A stretch of 64,000 bases of DNA, taken from Candidatus Porifericomitaceae bacterium (GTDB lineage: Bacteria; Pseudomonadota; Gammaproteobacteria; Porifericomitales; Porifericomitaceae). The notes below the pieces were generated by a model. That model did no database searches and was not told where the DNA came from. It was given only the letters and a program-made list of their open reading frames with translations. Location: positions 1,857,440 to 1,921,439 of the forward strand of contig OZ243038.1 in assembly GCA_965212005.1 (NCBI GenBank). The letters run 5' to 3'. A program made the position numbers and the translations under genes. Below, one piece after another: positions 24,779-35,646 of this stretch (positions within the stretch are counted from its first letter, which is position 1; the number at the start of each line of letters is the position of its first letter).

Positions 24779-27571
24779 GTGGCAAAATTGACGAACAAGC
24801 CAGCAGAGGCGGTATCCGCCGTCAGCCTGGCCCGGCGCCGGGATCCGTTGACGGGGCGCGCCCGTCGCGCCGTGTGCTGCCTGCTGTGCTGCCTGGTGTC
24901 GGGCCTGCCCGCGTTGATACCCATCCCCTCGCTGGCTACCGACGTCTACAAGTATCGGAACGACCTTCAAGGAGCGCTATCGGATTACGACAAAGCGATA
25001 GCCATTAATCCTCAAGATGCCAAGGCATATTACAAACGCGGCAATGCAAAGGCTGCCCTGGGCGACCGTGAAGGAGCGATACCGGATTACGACCAGGCGA
25101 TAGCCATTAACCCTCAATATGCCGGGGCATATTACAATCGCGGACTTACAAAGGATTCTCTGGGCGACCGTGAAGGAGCGATAGCGGATTACGACCAGGC
25201 GATAGCCATTAACCCTCAATATGCCAAGGCATATAACAATCGCGGCTATGTAAAGTCTGCCCTGGGCGACCGTGAAGGAGCGATACCGGATTATGACCAG
25301 GCGATAGCCATTAACCCTCAATATGCCGGGGCATATTACAATCGCGGCAATGCAAAGGCTGCCCTGGGCGACCGTGAAGGAGCGATAGCGGATTACGATC
25401 AGGCGATAGCCATTAACCCTCAATATGCCGAGGCATATTACAATCGCGGACTTACAAAGGATTCTCTGGGCGACCGGGAAGGAGCGATACCGGATTACGA
25501 CCAGGCGATAGCCATTAACCCTCAAGATGCCAAGGCATATAACAATCGCGGCTATGTAAAGGATGCCTTGGGCGACCGGGAAGGAGCGATAGCGGATTAC
25601 GACCAGGCGATAGCCATTAACCCTCAATATGCCGGGGCATATTACAATCGCGGCAATGCAAAGTCTGCCCTGGGCGACCGGGAAGGAGCGATACCGGATT
25701 ACGATCAGGCGATAGCCATTAACCCTCAATATGCCGAGGCATATTACAATCGCGGACTTACAAAGGATTCTCTGGGCGACCGGGAAGGAGCGATAACGGA
25801 TTACGACCAGGCGATAGCCATTAACCCTCAAGATGCCAAGGCATATAACAATCGCGGCTATGTAAAGGATGCCTTGGGCGACCGGGAAGGAGCGATAGCG
25901 GATTACGACCAGGCGATAGCCATTAACCCTCAATATGCCGGGGCATATTACAATCGCGGCAATGCAAAGGATGCTCTGGGCGACCGGGAAGGAGCGATAA
26001 CGGATTACGATCAGGCGATAGCCATTAACCCTCAAGATGCCAAGGCATATAACAATCGCGGCTATGCAAAGAAAGCCTTGGGCGACCGGGAAGGAGCGAT
26101 AACGGATTACGATCAGGCGATAGCCATTAACCCTCAAGATGCCAAGGCATATAACAATCGCGGTAATGCAAAGAAAGCCTTGGGCGACCGGGAAGGAGCG
26201 ATAACGGATTACGACCAGGCGATAGCCATTAACCCTCAATATGCCAAGGCATATAACAATCGCGGCAATGCAAAGAAAGCTCTGGGCGACCGTGAAGGAG
26301 CGATGGCGGATTATGACAAGGCGATAGCCATTAACCCTCAAGGAGCGATATCGGTTTACGACAAGGCGATAGCCATGGCATATTATATTCGCGGATTTAT
26401 AAAGGATATCCTGGGCGGCCGTGAAGGAGCGATAGCGGATTACGACAAGGCGATAGCCATTAACCCTCAATATACGAAGGCATATAAAAATCGCGGCGAT
26501 GCAAAGTTTTTCCTGGGTGACGACCCTCAAGGAGCGATAACGGATTACGATAAGGCGATAGCCATTAACCCTCAAGATGCCGAGGCATATAAAAAGCGCG
26601 GCCAAGCAAAGCGTTTCCTGGGCGACCGTGAAGGAGCGATAGCGGATTACGATAAGGCGATAGCCATTAACCCTCAAGATGCCGAGGCATATAACAATCG
26701 CAGCTCCGTGAAGCGTTCCCTGGGCGACCGTGAAGGAGCGATATCGGATTACGGCAAGGTGATAGCCATTAACCCTCAAGATGAGCATGCATATATTATG
26801 CGCGGCTATGTAAAGCGTGACCTGGGCGACCGTGAAGGAGCGATATCGGATTACGACCAGGTGATAGCCATTAGACCTCAATATGACATTGCATATCGCT
26901 GGCGTGGCCTTGTAAAGAATGACCTGGGCGACCGTGAAGGAGCGATATCGGATTACGACCAGGCGATAGCCATTAACCCTCAGTATGCGAATGCATATTT
27001 TAATCGCGGCTATGCAAAGAATGCCTTGGGCGACCGTGAAGGAGGGATATCAGATTACGACCAGGCGATAGCCATTAACCCTAAATTTAACGAGGCATAT
27101 CGCTTTCGTGGCCTTGTAAAGAATGACCTGGGCGACCGTGAAGGAGCGATAGCGGATTACGACCAGGCGATAGCCATTAACCCTCGATATGCGAAGGCAT
27201 ATAAAAATCGCGGCAATGCCAAGGATGCTCTGGGCGACCGTGAAGGAGCGATGGCGGATTATGACCAGGTGATAGCCATTTACGACAAGGAGGTCGCCAT
27301 TGACCCTCAATATGCCGAAGCATATTATGGTCGCGGAGTTGCAAAGGATGCCTTGGGCGATCGTGAAGGAGCGATGGCGGATTATGACCAGGCGATAGCC
27401 ATTTACGACAAGGAGATCGCCATCAACCCTCAAGATGCCAAAGCATATTATAATCGCGGCGATGCCAAGGATGCCCTGGGCGACCGTGAAGGAGCGATGG
27501 CGGATTACGACAAGGCAATCGCCATTGACCCCTCAATTGCCATTAACCCCTTAATACGCCGAGGCATATAA
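24779..27571 (+). CDS. Secreted TPR-array protein (family member 2, about 25 TPR units)
   Basis: Same Shine-Dalgarno/GTG start and signal peptide (MAKLTNKPAEAVSAVSLARRRDPLTGRARRAVCCLLCCLVSGLPALIPIPSLATD). It contains 306-bp higher-order repeats. The C-terminal ~300 aa are nearly identical to member 1. Confidence 0.85.
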   Translation: MAKLTNKPAEAVSAVSLARRRDPLTGRARRAVCCLLCCLVSGLPALIPIPSLATDVYKYRNDLQGALSDYDKAIAINPQDAKAYYKRGNAKAALGDREGAIPDYDQAIAINPQYAGAYYNRGLTKDSLGDREGAIADYDQAIAINPQYAKAYNNRGYVKSALGDREGAIPDYDQAIAINPQYAGAYYNRGNAKAALGDREGAIADYDQAIAINPQYAEAYYNRGLTKDSLGDREGAIPDYDQAIAINPQDAKAYNNRGYVKDALGDREGAIADYDQAIAINPQYAGAYYNRGNAKSALGDREGAIPDYDQAIAINPQYAEAYYNRGLTKDSLGDREGAITDYDQAIAINPQDAKAYNNRGYVKDALGDREGAIADYDQAIAINPQYAGAYYNRGNAKDALGDREGAITDYDQAIAINPQDAKAYNNRGYAKKALGDREGAITDYDQAIAINPQDAKAYNNRGNAKKALGDREGAITDYDQAIAINPQYAKAYNNRGNAKKALGDREGAMADYDKAIAINPQGAISVYDKAIAMAYYIRGFIKDILGGREGAIADYDKAIAINPQYTKAYKNRGDAKFFLGDDPQGAITDYDKAIAINPQDAEAYKKRGQAKRFLGDREGAIADYDKAIAINPQDAEAYNNRSSVKRSLGDREGAISDYGKVIAINPQDEHAYIMRGYVKRDLGDREGAISDYDQVIAIRPQYDIAYRWRGLVKNDLGDREGAISDYDQAIAINPQYANAYFNRGYAKNALGDREGGISDYDQAIAINPKFNEAYRFRGLVKNDLGDREGAIADYDQAIAINPRYAKAYKNRGNAKDALGDREGAMADYDQVIAIYDKEVAIDPQYAEAYYGRGVAKDALGDREGAMADYDQAIAIYDKEIAINPQDAKAYYNRGDAKDALGDREGAMADYDKAIAIDPSIAINPLIRRGI
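25090..26010 (+). repeat. Higher-order tandem repeat of 306 bp (3 TPR units: LTKDSL / YVKDAL / NAK(S/A)AL), about 3 copies, inside TPR member 2
   Basis: Near-perfect nucleotide identity between successive 306-bp blocks (for example 25130-25435 versus 25436-25741 versus 25742-26047). Confidence 0.8.
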
Positions 27572-28045
27572 CCATCGCGGTTATGCAGCCCCCTGATCTA
27601 CGATAAGACAGTATCCACAGGGGAAACGGCAGGGGATGCCTGAAACGAGGGTTCCGTAGGGTAGGCTGAGCCGGGCGCACTCCTATCGGACGGCCTCGGG
27701 GAGGCCCGGCGGAAAAGCGGGCAGATGCCGGGGTCCTCAAAGAGCCAGTGCAATCTGTGTCGGCAGAACGAAACCACTGCTCTGCAACGAAGCTGAGCCG
27801 CCGACAGCTGCGGGACTGGCACCAGGGCCCGTGCAGGCGCTGCTTACGCACTATACCTTGCTTGTTTTTTGGGGTATCTTTCAAGGTCAACGCAGCGGGA
27901 AGAGGAGGCCGCCCGTAGTGGCCGCCATCTTGTTGACTGCATGGTAAAAAAGCTTTGCGTAATGCCAGGAACGGGGTTTGCAGGCAGGTCAGGCAAGAAG
28001 GCAAAGCAGGGAAGGGAGCATACCCCTGCCCAAAGGAGTGTCGCG
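27572..28045 (+). repeat. Conserved intergenic leader, copy 3 of 5
   Basis: Near-identical to the other four copies. Confidence 0.9.
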
Positions 28046-29326
28046 GTGGCAAAATCGACGAACAAGCCAGCAGGGGCGGTATCCGCCGTCAGCCCGGCTC
28101 GGTGCCGGGATCCGTTGACGGGGCGCGCCCGTCGCGCCGTGTGCTGTCTGCTGTCCTGCCTGGTGTCGGGCCTGTCCGCGTTGATGCCCATCCCCTCGCT
28201 GGCTACCGACGTCTACAAGTATCGGGACGACCCTCAAGGAGCGCTATCGGATTACGACCAGGCGATAGCCATCAATCCTCAAGATGCCGAGGCATATTAC
28301 AATCGCGGAGTTAAAAAGCATGCCCAGGGCGACCCTCAAGGAGCGCTATCGGATTACGACCAGGCGATAGCCATCAACCCTCAAGATGCCGAGGCATATT
28401 ACAAACGCGGCAATGCAAAGAAAGCCCTGGGCGACCGTGAAGGAGCGATAACGGATTACGGCCAGGCGATAGCCATTAACCCTCAGGATTTCAAGGCATA
28501 TAACAATCGCGGCAATGCAAAGGATGATCTGGGCGACCGTGAAGGAGCGATAACGGATTATGACCAGGCGATAGCCATCAACCCTCAAGGTGTCGTGGCA
28601 TATTTCAATCGCGGCAATGCAAAGCATGACCTGGGCGACCATCAGGGAGCGATATCGGATTACGACCAGGCGATAGCCATTAACCCTCAATTGGCCGATG
28701 CATATTATGGTCGCGGAGATACAAAGCATGTCCTGGACGATTATCAAGGAGCGATAGCGGATTATGATAAGGCGATAGCTATCAACCCTCAATATGCCGA
28801 GGCATATTGGAGGCGCGGCAATTCAAAGTATATCCTAGGCGATCATCAAGGAGCGCTATCGGATTACGACCAGGCGATAGCCATTAACCCTCAAGATGCG
28901 AAGGCATATTATAATCGCGGCAATGCAAAGGATGCTCTGGGCGACCGTCAAGGAGCGATAGCGGATTACGACCAGGCGATAGCCATTAACCCTCAAGATG
29001 CGAAGGCATATAACAATCGCGGCAATGCAAAGAATGCCCTAGGCGACCCTCAAGGAGCGATGGCAGATTACGACAAGGCGATAGCCATTAATTTTCGAGA
29101 TGCCTATGCATATCACAATCGCGGACGTACAAAGCATGACCTGGGCGACCCTCAAGGAGCGATGGCAGATTACGACAAGGCGATAGCCATTAACCCTCAA
29201 TATGCCGATGCATATTACAATCGCGGAGCTACAAAGTATGCCCTGGGCGACCGTGAAGGAGCGATGGCGGATTATGACAAGGCAATCGCCATTGACCCAT
29301 CAATACGCCGAGATATATCACAATAG
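28046..29326 (+). CDS. Secreted TPR-array protein (family member 3, about 11 TPR units)
   Basis: Same Shine-Dalgarno/GTG start and signal peptide, followed by the TPR array. Confidence 0.85.
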   Translation: MAKSTNKPAGAVSAVSPARCRDPLTGRARRAVCCLLSCLVSGLSALMPIPSLATDVYKYRDDPQGALSDYDQAIAINPQDAEAYYNRGVKKHAQGDPQGALSDYDQAIAINPQDAEAYYKRGNAKKALGDREGAITDYGQAIAINPQDFKAYNNRGNAKDDLGDREGAITDYDQAIAINPQGVVAYFNRGNAKHDLGDHQGAISDYDQAIAINPQLADAYYGRGDTKHVLDDYQGAIADYDKAIAINPQYAEAYWRRGNSKYILGDHQGALSDYDQAIAINPQDAKAYYNRGNAKDALGDRQGAIADYDQAIAINPQDAKAYNNRGNAKNALGDPQGAMADYDKAIAINFRDAYAYHNRGRTKHDLGDPQGAMADYDKAIAINPQYADAYYNRGATKYALGDREGAMADYDKAIAIDPSIRRDISQ

Positions 29327-29865
29327 CGGCAATGCAAAGAAAGCCCCCTGGTCTACGATAAGACAGTATCCGCGGGGGAAACGGCGGGGATGCCTGCAAC
29401 GAGGGTTCCGTAGGGTAGGCTGAGCCGGGCGCACTCCTATCGGACGGACCTCGGGGATGCCCTGCGGAAAAGCGGGCAGATGCCAGAGCCTCAAAAGAGC
29501 CGGTGCGATCGGTGCCGGCAGAACGAAACCACTGCTCTGCAACGAAGCTAAGCCGTCGGCAGCTGCGGGACTGGCACAAGGGCTCGCGCCGGTGCCAGTT
29601 TGCGTACTATACTTTTCTTGTTTTTTTGAGGTATCTTTAAGGTAAGTGACTGTTATATTGGAGGAAGATATTACTATACTTTGCTTGTTTTTGAGGGTAT
29701 CTTTAAGTTTAAGCAGTGGGAAGAGGAGGCCGCCCGTAGTGGCCGCCATCTTGTTGACTGCATGGTAAAAAAGCTTTGCGTAATGCCAGGAACGGGGTTT
29801 GCAGGCACGTCAGGCCAGAAGGCAAAGCAGGGGAGGAGCATACCCCTGCCCAAAGGAGTGCCGCG
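29327..29865 (+). repeat. Conserved intergenic leader, copy 4 of 5 (contains an internal ~65-bp duplication)
   Basis: The module ctatacttt(g/t)cttgttttt...gtatctttaag occurs twice (29608-29650 and 29677-29720), separated by an AT-rich spacer. Confidence 0.9.
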
Positions 29866-31197
29866 GTGGCAAAATTGACGAACAAGCCAGCAGGGGCGAT
29901 ATCCGCCGTCAGCCTGGCCCGGCGCCGGCATCCGTTGACGGGGCGCGCCCGTTGCGCCGTGTGTTGCCTGCTGTCCTGCCTGGTGTCGGGCCTACCCGCG
30001 TTGACGCCCATCCCCTCGCTGGCCACCGACGTCTACAAGTATCGAGGCGACCATCAAGGATCGATAGCGGATTACGACCAGGCGATAGCCATTAACCCTC
30101 AAGATGCCGAGGCATATAACAATCGCGGAGTTAAAAAGCATGCCCAGGGCGACCTTCAGGGAGCGATAGTGGATTATGACAAGGCGATAGCCATTAACCC
30201 TCAATATGCCGAAGCATATTACAATCGCGGAGCTACAAAGGATGCCCTGGGCGACCGTCAAGGAGCGATAGTGGATTATGACAAGGCGATAGCCATTAAC
30301 CCTCAATATGCCGAAGCATATTACAATCGCGGAGCTACAAAGGTTGCCCTGCTAGACCCTCAAGGAGCGCTATCGGATTACGACCAGGCGATAGCCATTA
30401 ACCCTCAATTTAGCCCGGTATATATCTACCGCAGCGATGCAAAGGGTGCCTTGGGCGACCATGAAGGAGTGATATCAGATTACGACCAGATGATAGCCAT
30501 TAACCCTCAAGATGCTGGGGCATATGTCTCACGCGGCAGGGCAAAGTATGACCAGGGCGACCGTGAAGGAGCGCTATCGGATTACGACCAGGCGATAGCC
30601 ATTGACCCTCAATATGACATTGCATATAGCTGGCGTGGCGATGCAAAGTCTGCCCTGGGCGACCATGAAGGAGCGCTATCGGATTACGACCAGGCGATAG
30701 CCATTAGCCCTCAATATGCGAAGGCATCTAAGGCAAAGGCATATAAAAGTCGCGGCGATGCAAAGTCTGCCCTGGGCGACCATGAAGGAGCGCTATCGGA
30801 TTACGACCAGGCGATAGCCATTAGCCCTCAATATGCGAAGGCATCTAAAGCGAAGGCATATAAAAATCGCGGCGATGCAAAGAATGCCCTGAGCGACCAT
30901 GAAGGAGCGCTATCGGATTACGACGAGGCGATAGCCATTAACCCTCAATATGCGAAGGCATATATCAATCGCGGCGATGCAAAGGATGACTTGGGCGACC
31001 GTGAAGGAGCAATGGCGGATTATGACCAAGCGAGAGCCATTTACGACAAGGAGATAGCCATTGACCCTCAAGATGCCGAAGCATATAAAAATCGCGGCGA
31101 TGCCAAGGATGCCCTGGGCGACCGTGAAGGAGCGATGGCGGATTACGACCAGGCAATCGCCATTGACCCCTCAATACGCCAGGGCATATCACAATAG
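29866..31197 (+). CDS. Secreted TPR-array protein (family member 4, about 12 TPR units)
   Basis: Same Shine-Dalgarno/GTG start and signal peptide, followed by the TPR array. Confidence 0.85.
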   Translation: MAKLTNKPAGAISAVSLARRRHPLTGRARCAVCCLLSCLVSGLPALTPIPSLATDVYKYRGDHQGSIADYDQAIAINPQDAEAYNNRGVKKHAQGDLQGAIVDYDKAIAINPQYAEAYYNRGATKDALGDRQGAIVDYDKAIAINPQYAEAYYNRGATKVALLDPQGALSDYDQAIAINPQFSPVYIYRSDAKGALGDHEGVISDYDQMIAINPQDAGAYVSRGRAKYDQGDREGALSDYDQAIAIDPQYDIAYSWRGDAKSALGDHEGALSDYDQAIAISPQYAKASKAKAYKSRGDAKSALGDHEGALSDYDQAIAISPQYAKASKAKAYKNRGDAKNALSDHEGALSDYDEAIAINPQYAKAYINRGDAKDDLGDREGAMADYDQARAIYDKEIAIDPQDAEAYKNRGDAKDALGDREGAMADYDQAIAIDPSIRQGISQ

Positions 31198-31678
31198 CGG
31201 CAATGCAAAGAAAGTCTCCTGGGCTACATAAGACAGTATCCGCAGAGGAAACGGCAGGGGCGGCCTGAAACGAGGGTTCCGTAGGGTAGGCCGGGACGGG
31301 CGCACTCCTATCGGACGGGCCCCAGGCCCGGGGCCGCCCGGCTCAAAAGCGGGCAGATGCCGGGGCCCTCAAAGAGCCAGTGCGACCGGTGTCGGCAGAA
31401 CGAACCCACTGCTATGCAACGAAGCTAAGCCGCCGGCAAGGCGCGGGACTGGCACCAAGGCTCATGCAGGCACCAGCTTACGCACTATACTTTGCGTGTT
31501 TTTTGAGGTATCTTTAAGGGCAAGCAGCGGGAAGAGGAGGCCGTCCGTAGTGGCCGCCATCTTGTTGACTGCATGGTAAAAAAAGCTTTGCGTAACGCCA
31601 GGAACGGGGTTTGCAAGCACGTCAGGCAAGAAGGACAAGCAGGGGAGGGAGCATACCCCTGCCCAAAGGAGTGTCGCG
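31198..31678 (+). repeat. Conserved intergenic leader, copy 5 of 5
   Basis: Near-identical to the other four copies. It precedes the lytic transglycosylase gene. Confidence 0.9.
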
Positions 31679-32416
31679 GTGGCAAAATCGACGAACAAGC
31701 CAGCAGGGGCGGTATCCGCCGTCAGCCCGGCCCGGTGCCGGGACCCGTTGACGGGGCGCGCCCGTCGCGCCGTGTGCTGCCTGCTGTCTTGCCTGCTGTC
31801 GGGCCTGCCCGCGTTGATGCCCATCCCCTCGCTGGCTACCGACGTCTACAAGTATCGGGACGACCGGGGACGCACGCTCTTCACCGACCGTAAGAGTAGT
31901 GGGCGCTCCCTGCAATACATAGGCAAATGGAGTTGGAAGTCGTGGATGCAGCGGCGTTTCAATCCCTACTTGTGCCTGGCGAACCGCGATCGTTTCAACG
32001 CGCTGATCGAAGATGCGGCATACCGCCATCATCTGTCCGTGGCGCTCGTGCACTCGGTGATCAGCGCTGAATCCTGTTATGACCCCAAGGCCATTTCCAG
32101 GGCGGGCGCCGTCGGCTTGATGCAGCTGATGCCTGGGACCGCGCGGCGCTATGGAGTGGATGATCGGTACGATCCTGCGCAGAACTTGAACGGGGGCACC
32201 CGCTACTTGCGCGATCTTTTGAATATGTTCCGGGGCGATCTGAAGCTGGCTTTGGCGGCGTACAACGCCGGGGAGAACGTGGTCATCCGCTACGGGTTCG
32301 CGATCCCTCCTTACCCGGAGACGCAGCAGTACGTGGGGAAGGTGCTGCAAAACTACAATCAAAATCTATCCCGCTTTCCAGAGCGGCGCGCTCAGCCTGC
32401 TTCTTCCCGCAGTTAG
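31679..32416 (+). CDS. Lytic transglycosylase (SLT domain) carrying the same signal peptide as the TPR family
   Basis: GTG start after AAGGAG. Signal peptide MAKSTNKPAG...RRAVCCLLSCLLSGLPALMPIPSLATDVYKYRDD. SLT catalytic motifs (ESCYDPKAIS with the catalytic Glu, GLMQLMPGTA, AAYNAGENVV). Confidence 0.85.
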   Translation: MAKSTNKPAGAVSAVSPARCRDPLTGRARRAVCCLLSCLLSGLPALMPIPSLATDVYKYRDDRGRTLFTDRKSSGRSLQYIGKWSWKSWMQRRFNPYLCLANRDRFNALIEDAAYRHHLSVALVHSVISAESCYDPKAISRAGAVGLMQLMPGTARRYGVDDRYDPAQNLNGGTRYLRDLLNMFRGDLKLALAAYNAGENVVIRYGFAIPPYPETQQYVGKVLQNYNQNLSRFPERRAQPASSRS

Positions 32417-32459
32417 CTTGCGGGCGGCAACGGATGCACGAATTGCGAAGCAAACGCAG

Positions 32460-34391
32460 GTGACACAAGCAGCAAAGGGGAAGAAACAACTTTCCACCCG
32501 CAAGTTTAAGGCGGAAGTTCAAAAAGTCCTGGCCCTTGTTGTCCGCTCTCTCTACAGCAATAAGGAAATCTTTCTGCGCGAGTTGATTTCCAACGCCTCG
32601 GACGCGCTGGAAAAACTGCGTTTCGAGGCGTTGCGTGATGCCGACCTGTACGAGAACGACTCTGATCTGCGGATTGACGTGGAATATAACCGCGAGCGGC
32701 GCACTATTTCCGTCAGCGATAACGGCATCGGCATGAGCCTGCAGGAGGCGTCGGATAATTTGGGCACCATTGCCGGTTCTGGAACGCAAAGGCTGTTGGA
32801 ATCGTTGCAGGCCGGGGCCGATGAAGGGGCGCAGTTGATTGGCAAGTTCGGCGTGGGGTTTTATTCATCGTTTATCGTGGCTTCGAAGGTCGAGGTCTTA
32901 AGCCGACACGCGGGCGCACTGCGCAGTGAAGGGGTGCACTGGTCTTCCGGCGGCGAGTCCAGTTACTCGGTCGAGCAGGTGGAACGTCCCAGGCGCGGTA
33001 CTCGCGTCATCCTGCATTTGCGACCGGAGGAGGACTCGTTCCTGGACGGCAGGTATCTGCGTGAGATCATCCGAAGATACTCGGATCACATTTCTTTCCC
33101 CATTTCCATGGATGCGGAGCCGGACCGGGATGCCGGGGGCACCGAGGGCGACCAGGGCACCCAGGGCAGCGCCAGTGGAGGCAAGGAAGTCATCAACCAG
33201 GCCACCGCGATTTGGACCCGGCGCAGAAAAGACGTCGGCGAGCAGGAATACAACGAGTTCTATCGGCACATTTCACATGACCCGGAACCGCCGCTGGCCC
33301 ATATACACAGCAGGGTGGAAGGAGCATCCGAGTACACTTGCCTGTTGTATATTCCGTCCAAGGCGCCTTGGCTGCCGTGGGAGCGGCAGCGCCATAGCGG
33401 CATCCATCTGTACGTGCGCCGGGTATTTGTCATGGACGGCGCCGAGCAGTTCCTGCCGCCCTGGCTGCGCTTTGTGCGCGGGGTGGTGGACGCGGATGAT
33501 CTGCCACTAAACGTCTCCCGCGAGATTTTGCAGGAAAACAGGATCGTCTCGTCGATTCGCAATGGTTGTACCCGCAAGGTGCTGGATCGGCTCAGCGACC
33601 TGGCTCAAAAGGAGCCGCAGGACTACCTGCGTTTTTGGAAGGAGTTCGGTTATATGCTGCGCGAGGGTGTGGCAGACCCGTCTGGATTCCGGGACGACCT
33701 AATCAAATTGCTGCGGTTTCACTCCACTCATTCCAAGCAGGAGGATGAATTGGTTTCCCTGGTCGATTACGTAAATCGCATGGGCGCCGATCAGCACGAG
33801 ATCTATTGTATGGTCGCCGGCAACCTGGGCAGTGCGCGCAACAGCCCGCACCTGGAGATTTTCCGGGAACGCGGGATCGAGGTGTTGCTGTTTGGGGATG
33901 CGGTGGATGAATGGCTGCTCGACCAGGTTGCGGAATACGACGGCAAAAAGCTGCGCATCATTACCAGGGGCGAACTGCAGCTTCCCGGCGTGGAACCAGA
34001 GGCCGTGCCGGACTCCGCGGAGGAGCAGGAGTGGGTGAAACAGGTTGCCTCGCACTTGGGGGACCGGGTCGCCTCGGTGCGTTTCTCCCGTCGCCTGCGC
34101 GATTCCGCCTCCTGTACCGCCTATGGGGAGCAGCAACTCAGCGGCACCTTGCAGCGCGTGTTGCGCGCCGGCGGCCACCAGGTTCCGCACAGCCAGCCCA
34201 TCCTGGAGTTGAATCCGGAGCACCACCTGGTGAGTCGCCTGCGCGAGTTAAAGGACTCCGAGCAGTTGCGGGACTGGTCCCATGTGCTGCTGGACCAGGC
34301 ACTGCTGACGGAGGGCTCCATGCCGCCGGACGCGGCTGCGTTCGTGCAGCGCTTAAACCGTTTGCTGGCAGAGCCTCCGGTCAAGTCTTGA
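32460..34391 (+). CDS. htpG: Chaperone HtpG (Hsp90)
   Basis: Conserved N-terminus ([40 protein letters not shown]) and full-length Hsp90 architecture. The start is ambiguous: the ORF opens with TTG at 32418, and the GTG at 32460 aligns best with E. coli HtpG. Confidence 0.92.
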   Translation: MTQAAKGKKQLSTRKFKAEVQKVLALVVRSLYSNKEIFLRELISNASDALEKLRFEALRDADLYENDSDLRIDVEYNRERRTISVSDNGIGMSLQEASDNLGTIAGSGTQRLLESLQAGADEGAQLIGKFGVGFYSSFIVASKVEVLSRHAGALRSEGVHWSSGGESSYSVEQVERPRRGTRVILHLRPEEDSFLDGRYLREIIRRYSDHISFPISMDAEPDRDAGGTEGDQGTQGSASGGKEVINQATAIWTRRRKDVGEQEYNEFYRHISHDPEPPLAHIHSRVEGASEYTCLLYIPSKAPWLPWERQRHSGIHLYVRRVFVMDGAEQFLPPWLRFVRGVVDADDLPLNVSREILQENRIVSSIRNGCTRKVLDRLSDLAQKEPQDYLRFWKEFGYMLREGVADPSGFRDDLIKLLRFHSTHSKQEDELVSLVDYVNRMGADQHEIYCMVAGNLGSARNSPHLEIFRERGIEVLLFGDAVDEWLLDQVAEYDGKKLRIITRGELQLPGVEPEAVPDSAEEQEWVKQVASHLGDRVASVRFSRRLRDSASCTAYGEQQLSGTLQRVLRAGGHQVPHSQPILELNPEHHLVSRLRELKDSEQLRDWSHVLLDQALLTEGSMPPDAAAFVQRLNRLLAEPPVKS

Positions 34392-34449
34392 ACGTCCGAT
34401 GCCGGTACCGGCGGGCGCGCTGGTGTCCCTGCCGCCGCGCCGCTTGTCG

Positions 34450-35646
34450 ATGAGCGATCCGGATCTGCGTGAACTGCGCCGCGGCGCCGCTGAGATCATC
34501 CCCGAGCCGGAGCTGGCTGAGCGCCTGGAGCGAGGGGAACGTCTGCGGGTGAAAGTCGGCTTTGACCCGACCGCGCCCGATCTACACCTGGGGCACACGG
34601 TGCTGCTGAACAAGATGCGCCAATTTCAGCAGTTGGGGCACGAAGTCATTTTTCTCATCGGTGATTTTACCGGGATGATCGGGGATCCGAGCGGTAAAGA
34701 CAGCGTGCGGCGCGTTTTGTCCCGCGAGCAGGTGCAGGCCAATGCCCGCACCTACCAGGAGCAGGTCTTTAAGATCCTGGACGCCGAGACGACCCGAATC
34801 GAATTCAACTCCCGCTGGACGGAAGAGCTCGGCGCCGCCGGGCTGGTCGAGCTGGCATCTCGCTATACCGTCGCCCGAATGCTGGAACGGGACGATTTTC
34901 ATCTCCGCCACCGCGCCGGCAAAGCCATCTCGGTGCATGAATTTCTCTATCCCCTGGTGCAAGGCTACGATTCGGTTGCGTTGCAAGCCGACGTGGAACT
35001 GGGCGGCACGGATCAGAAGTTCAATCTCCTGGTGGGCCGGCACTTGCAGCAGACTTTTGGCCAGCGGCCGCAGATCGTTCTGACCATGCCGCTGCTGGAA
35101 GGGCTGGACGGCGTGCGTAAAATGTCCAAGACGTCGGATAACTTCATCGGTCTCACCGAGTCCCCGGACCAGATGTACGGCAAGCTGATGTCGATCTCTG
35201 ATGAGTTGATGTGGCGTTATTATCAGTTGCTCAGCTTTCGCACGTTGGATGCGATCGAAAAACTGCAGGCGCAAGTGGCGGAGGGGCTCAATCCGCGTGA
35301 CATAAAGCATGAACTGGCCGGGGAATTGGTGTCCCGGTACCACGACCGCCAGGCGGCAGAGCAGGCCCGGGCCGCCTTCGTCGCCCGTTTCCAGCAAGGG
35401 GAACTGCCCGAAAACATTCCCGAGCACAGGATCAAGGATCGCAAGGAGGGTTGGACGGTGGCGGGCCTGTTGCGCCAATCCAGGCTGACCGGCAGCGCCG
35501 CCGAGGCGGAGCGCATGGTACGGCAGGGTGCGGTGCGCCTGGACGGTGAGCGCCTGGCAGACAGCCGGCGGGTGCTGGCGGCCGGCGCGACCTACCTGTT
35601 CCAGGTCGGCAAGCGGCGTTTTGCCCGCATCGCCATTGAACCCTGA
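34450..35646 (+). CDS. tyrS: Tyrosine--tRNA ligase
   Basis: HIGH motif ([11 protein letters not shown]), KMSKS motif (KMSKTSDN) and a C-terminal S4-like domain. The ATG at 34450 ([18 protein letters not shown]) is preferred over 34399. Confidence 0.95.
   Translation: MSDPDLRELRRGAAEIIPEPELAERLERGERLRVKVGFDPTAPDLHLGHTVLLNKMRQFQQLGHEVIFLIGDFTGMIGDPSGKDSVRRVLSREQVQANARTYQEQVFKILDAETTRIEFNSRWTEELGAAGLVELASRYTVARMLERDDFHLRHRAGKAISVHEFLYPLVQGYDSVALQADVELGGTDQKFNLLVGRHLQQTFGQRPQIVLTMPLLEGLDGVRKMSKTSDNFIGLTESPDQMYGKLMSISDELMWRYYQLLSFRTLDAIEKLQAQVAEGLNPRDIKHELAGELVSRYHDRQAAEQARAAFVARFQQGELPENIPEHRIKDRKEGWTVAGLLRQSRLTGSAAEAERMVRQGAVRLDGERLADSRRVLAAGATYLFQVGKRRFARIAIEP

Noticed and set aside
19943-26881. 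Very long antisense ORFs running through the TPR arrays (for example 19943-21241, 21944-23614 and 24977-26881 on the minus strand, up to 634 aa, with translations like RVNGYRLVVIRYRSF...)
   Set aside because: Their periodic, low-complexity translations mirror the 102-bp sense-strand repeat. They lack starts with Shine-Dalgarno sites and lie entirely inside well-supported sense genes. They are repeat-induced open frames, not genes.
19000-31200. CRISPR array
   Set aside because: The periodic repeats here are 102-bp coding TPR units within long ORFs that have signal peptides. There are no short direct repeats with unique spacers and no cas genes.
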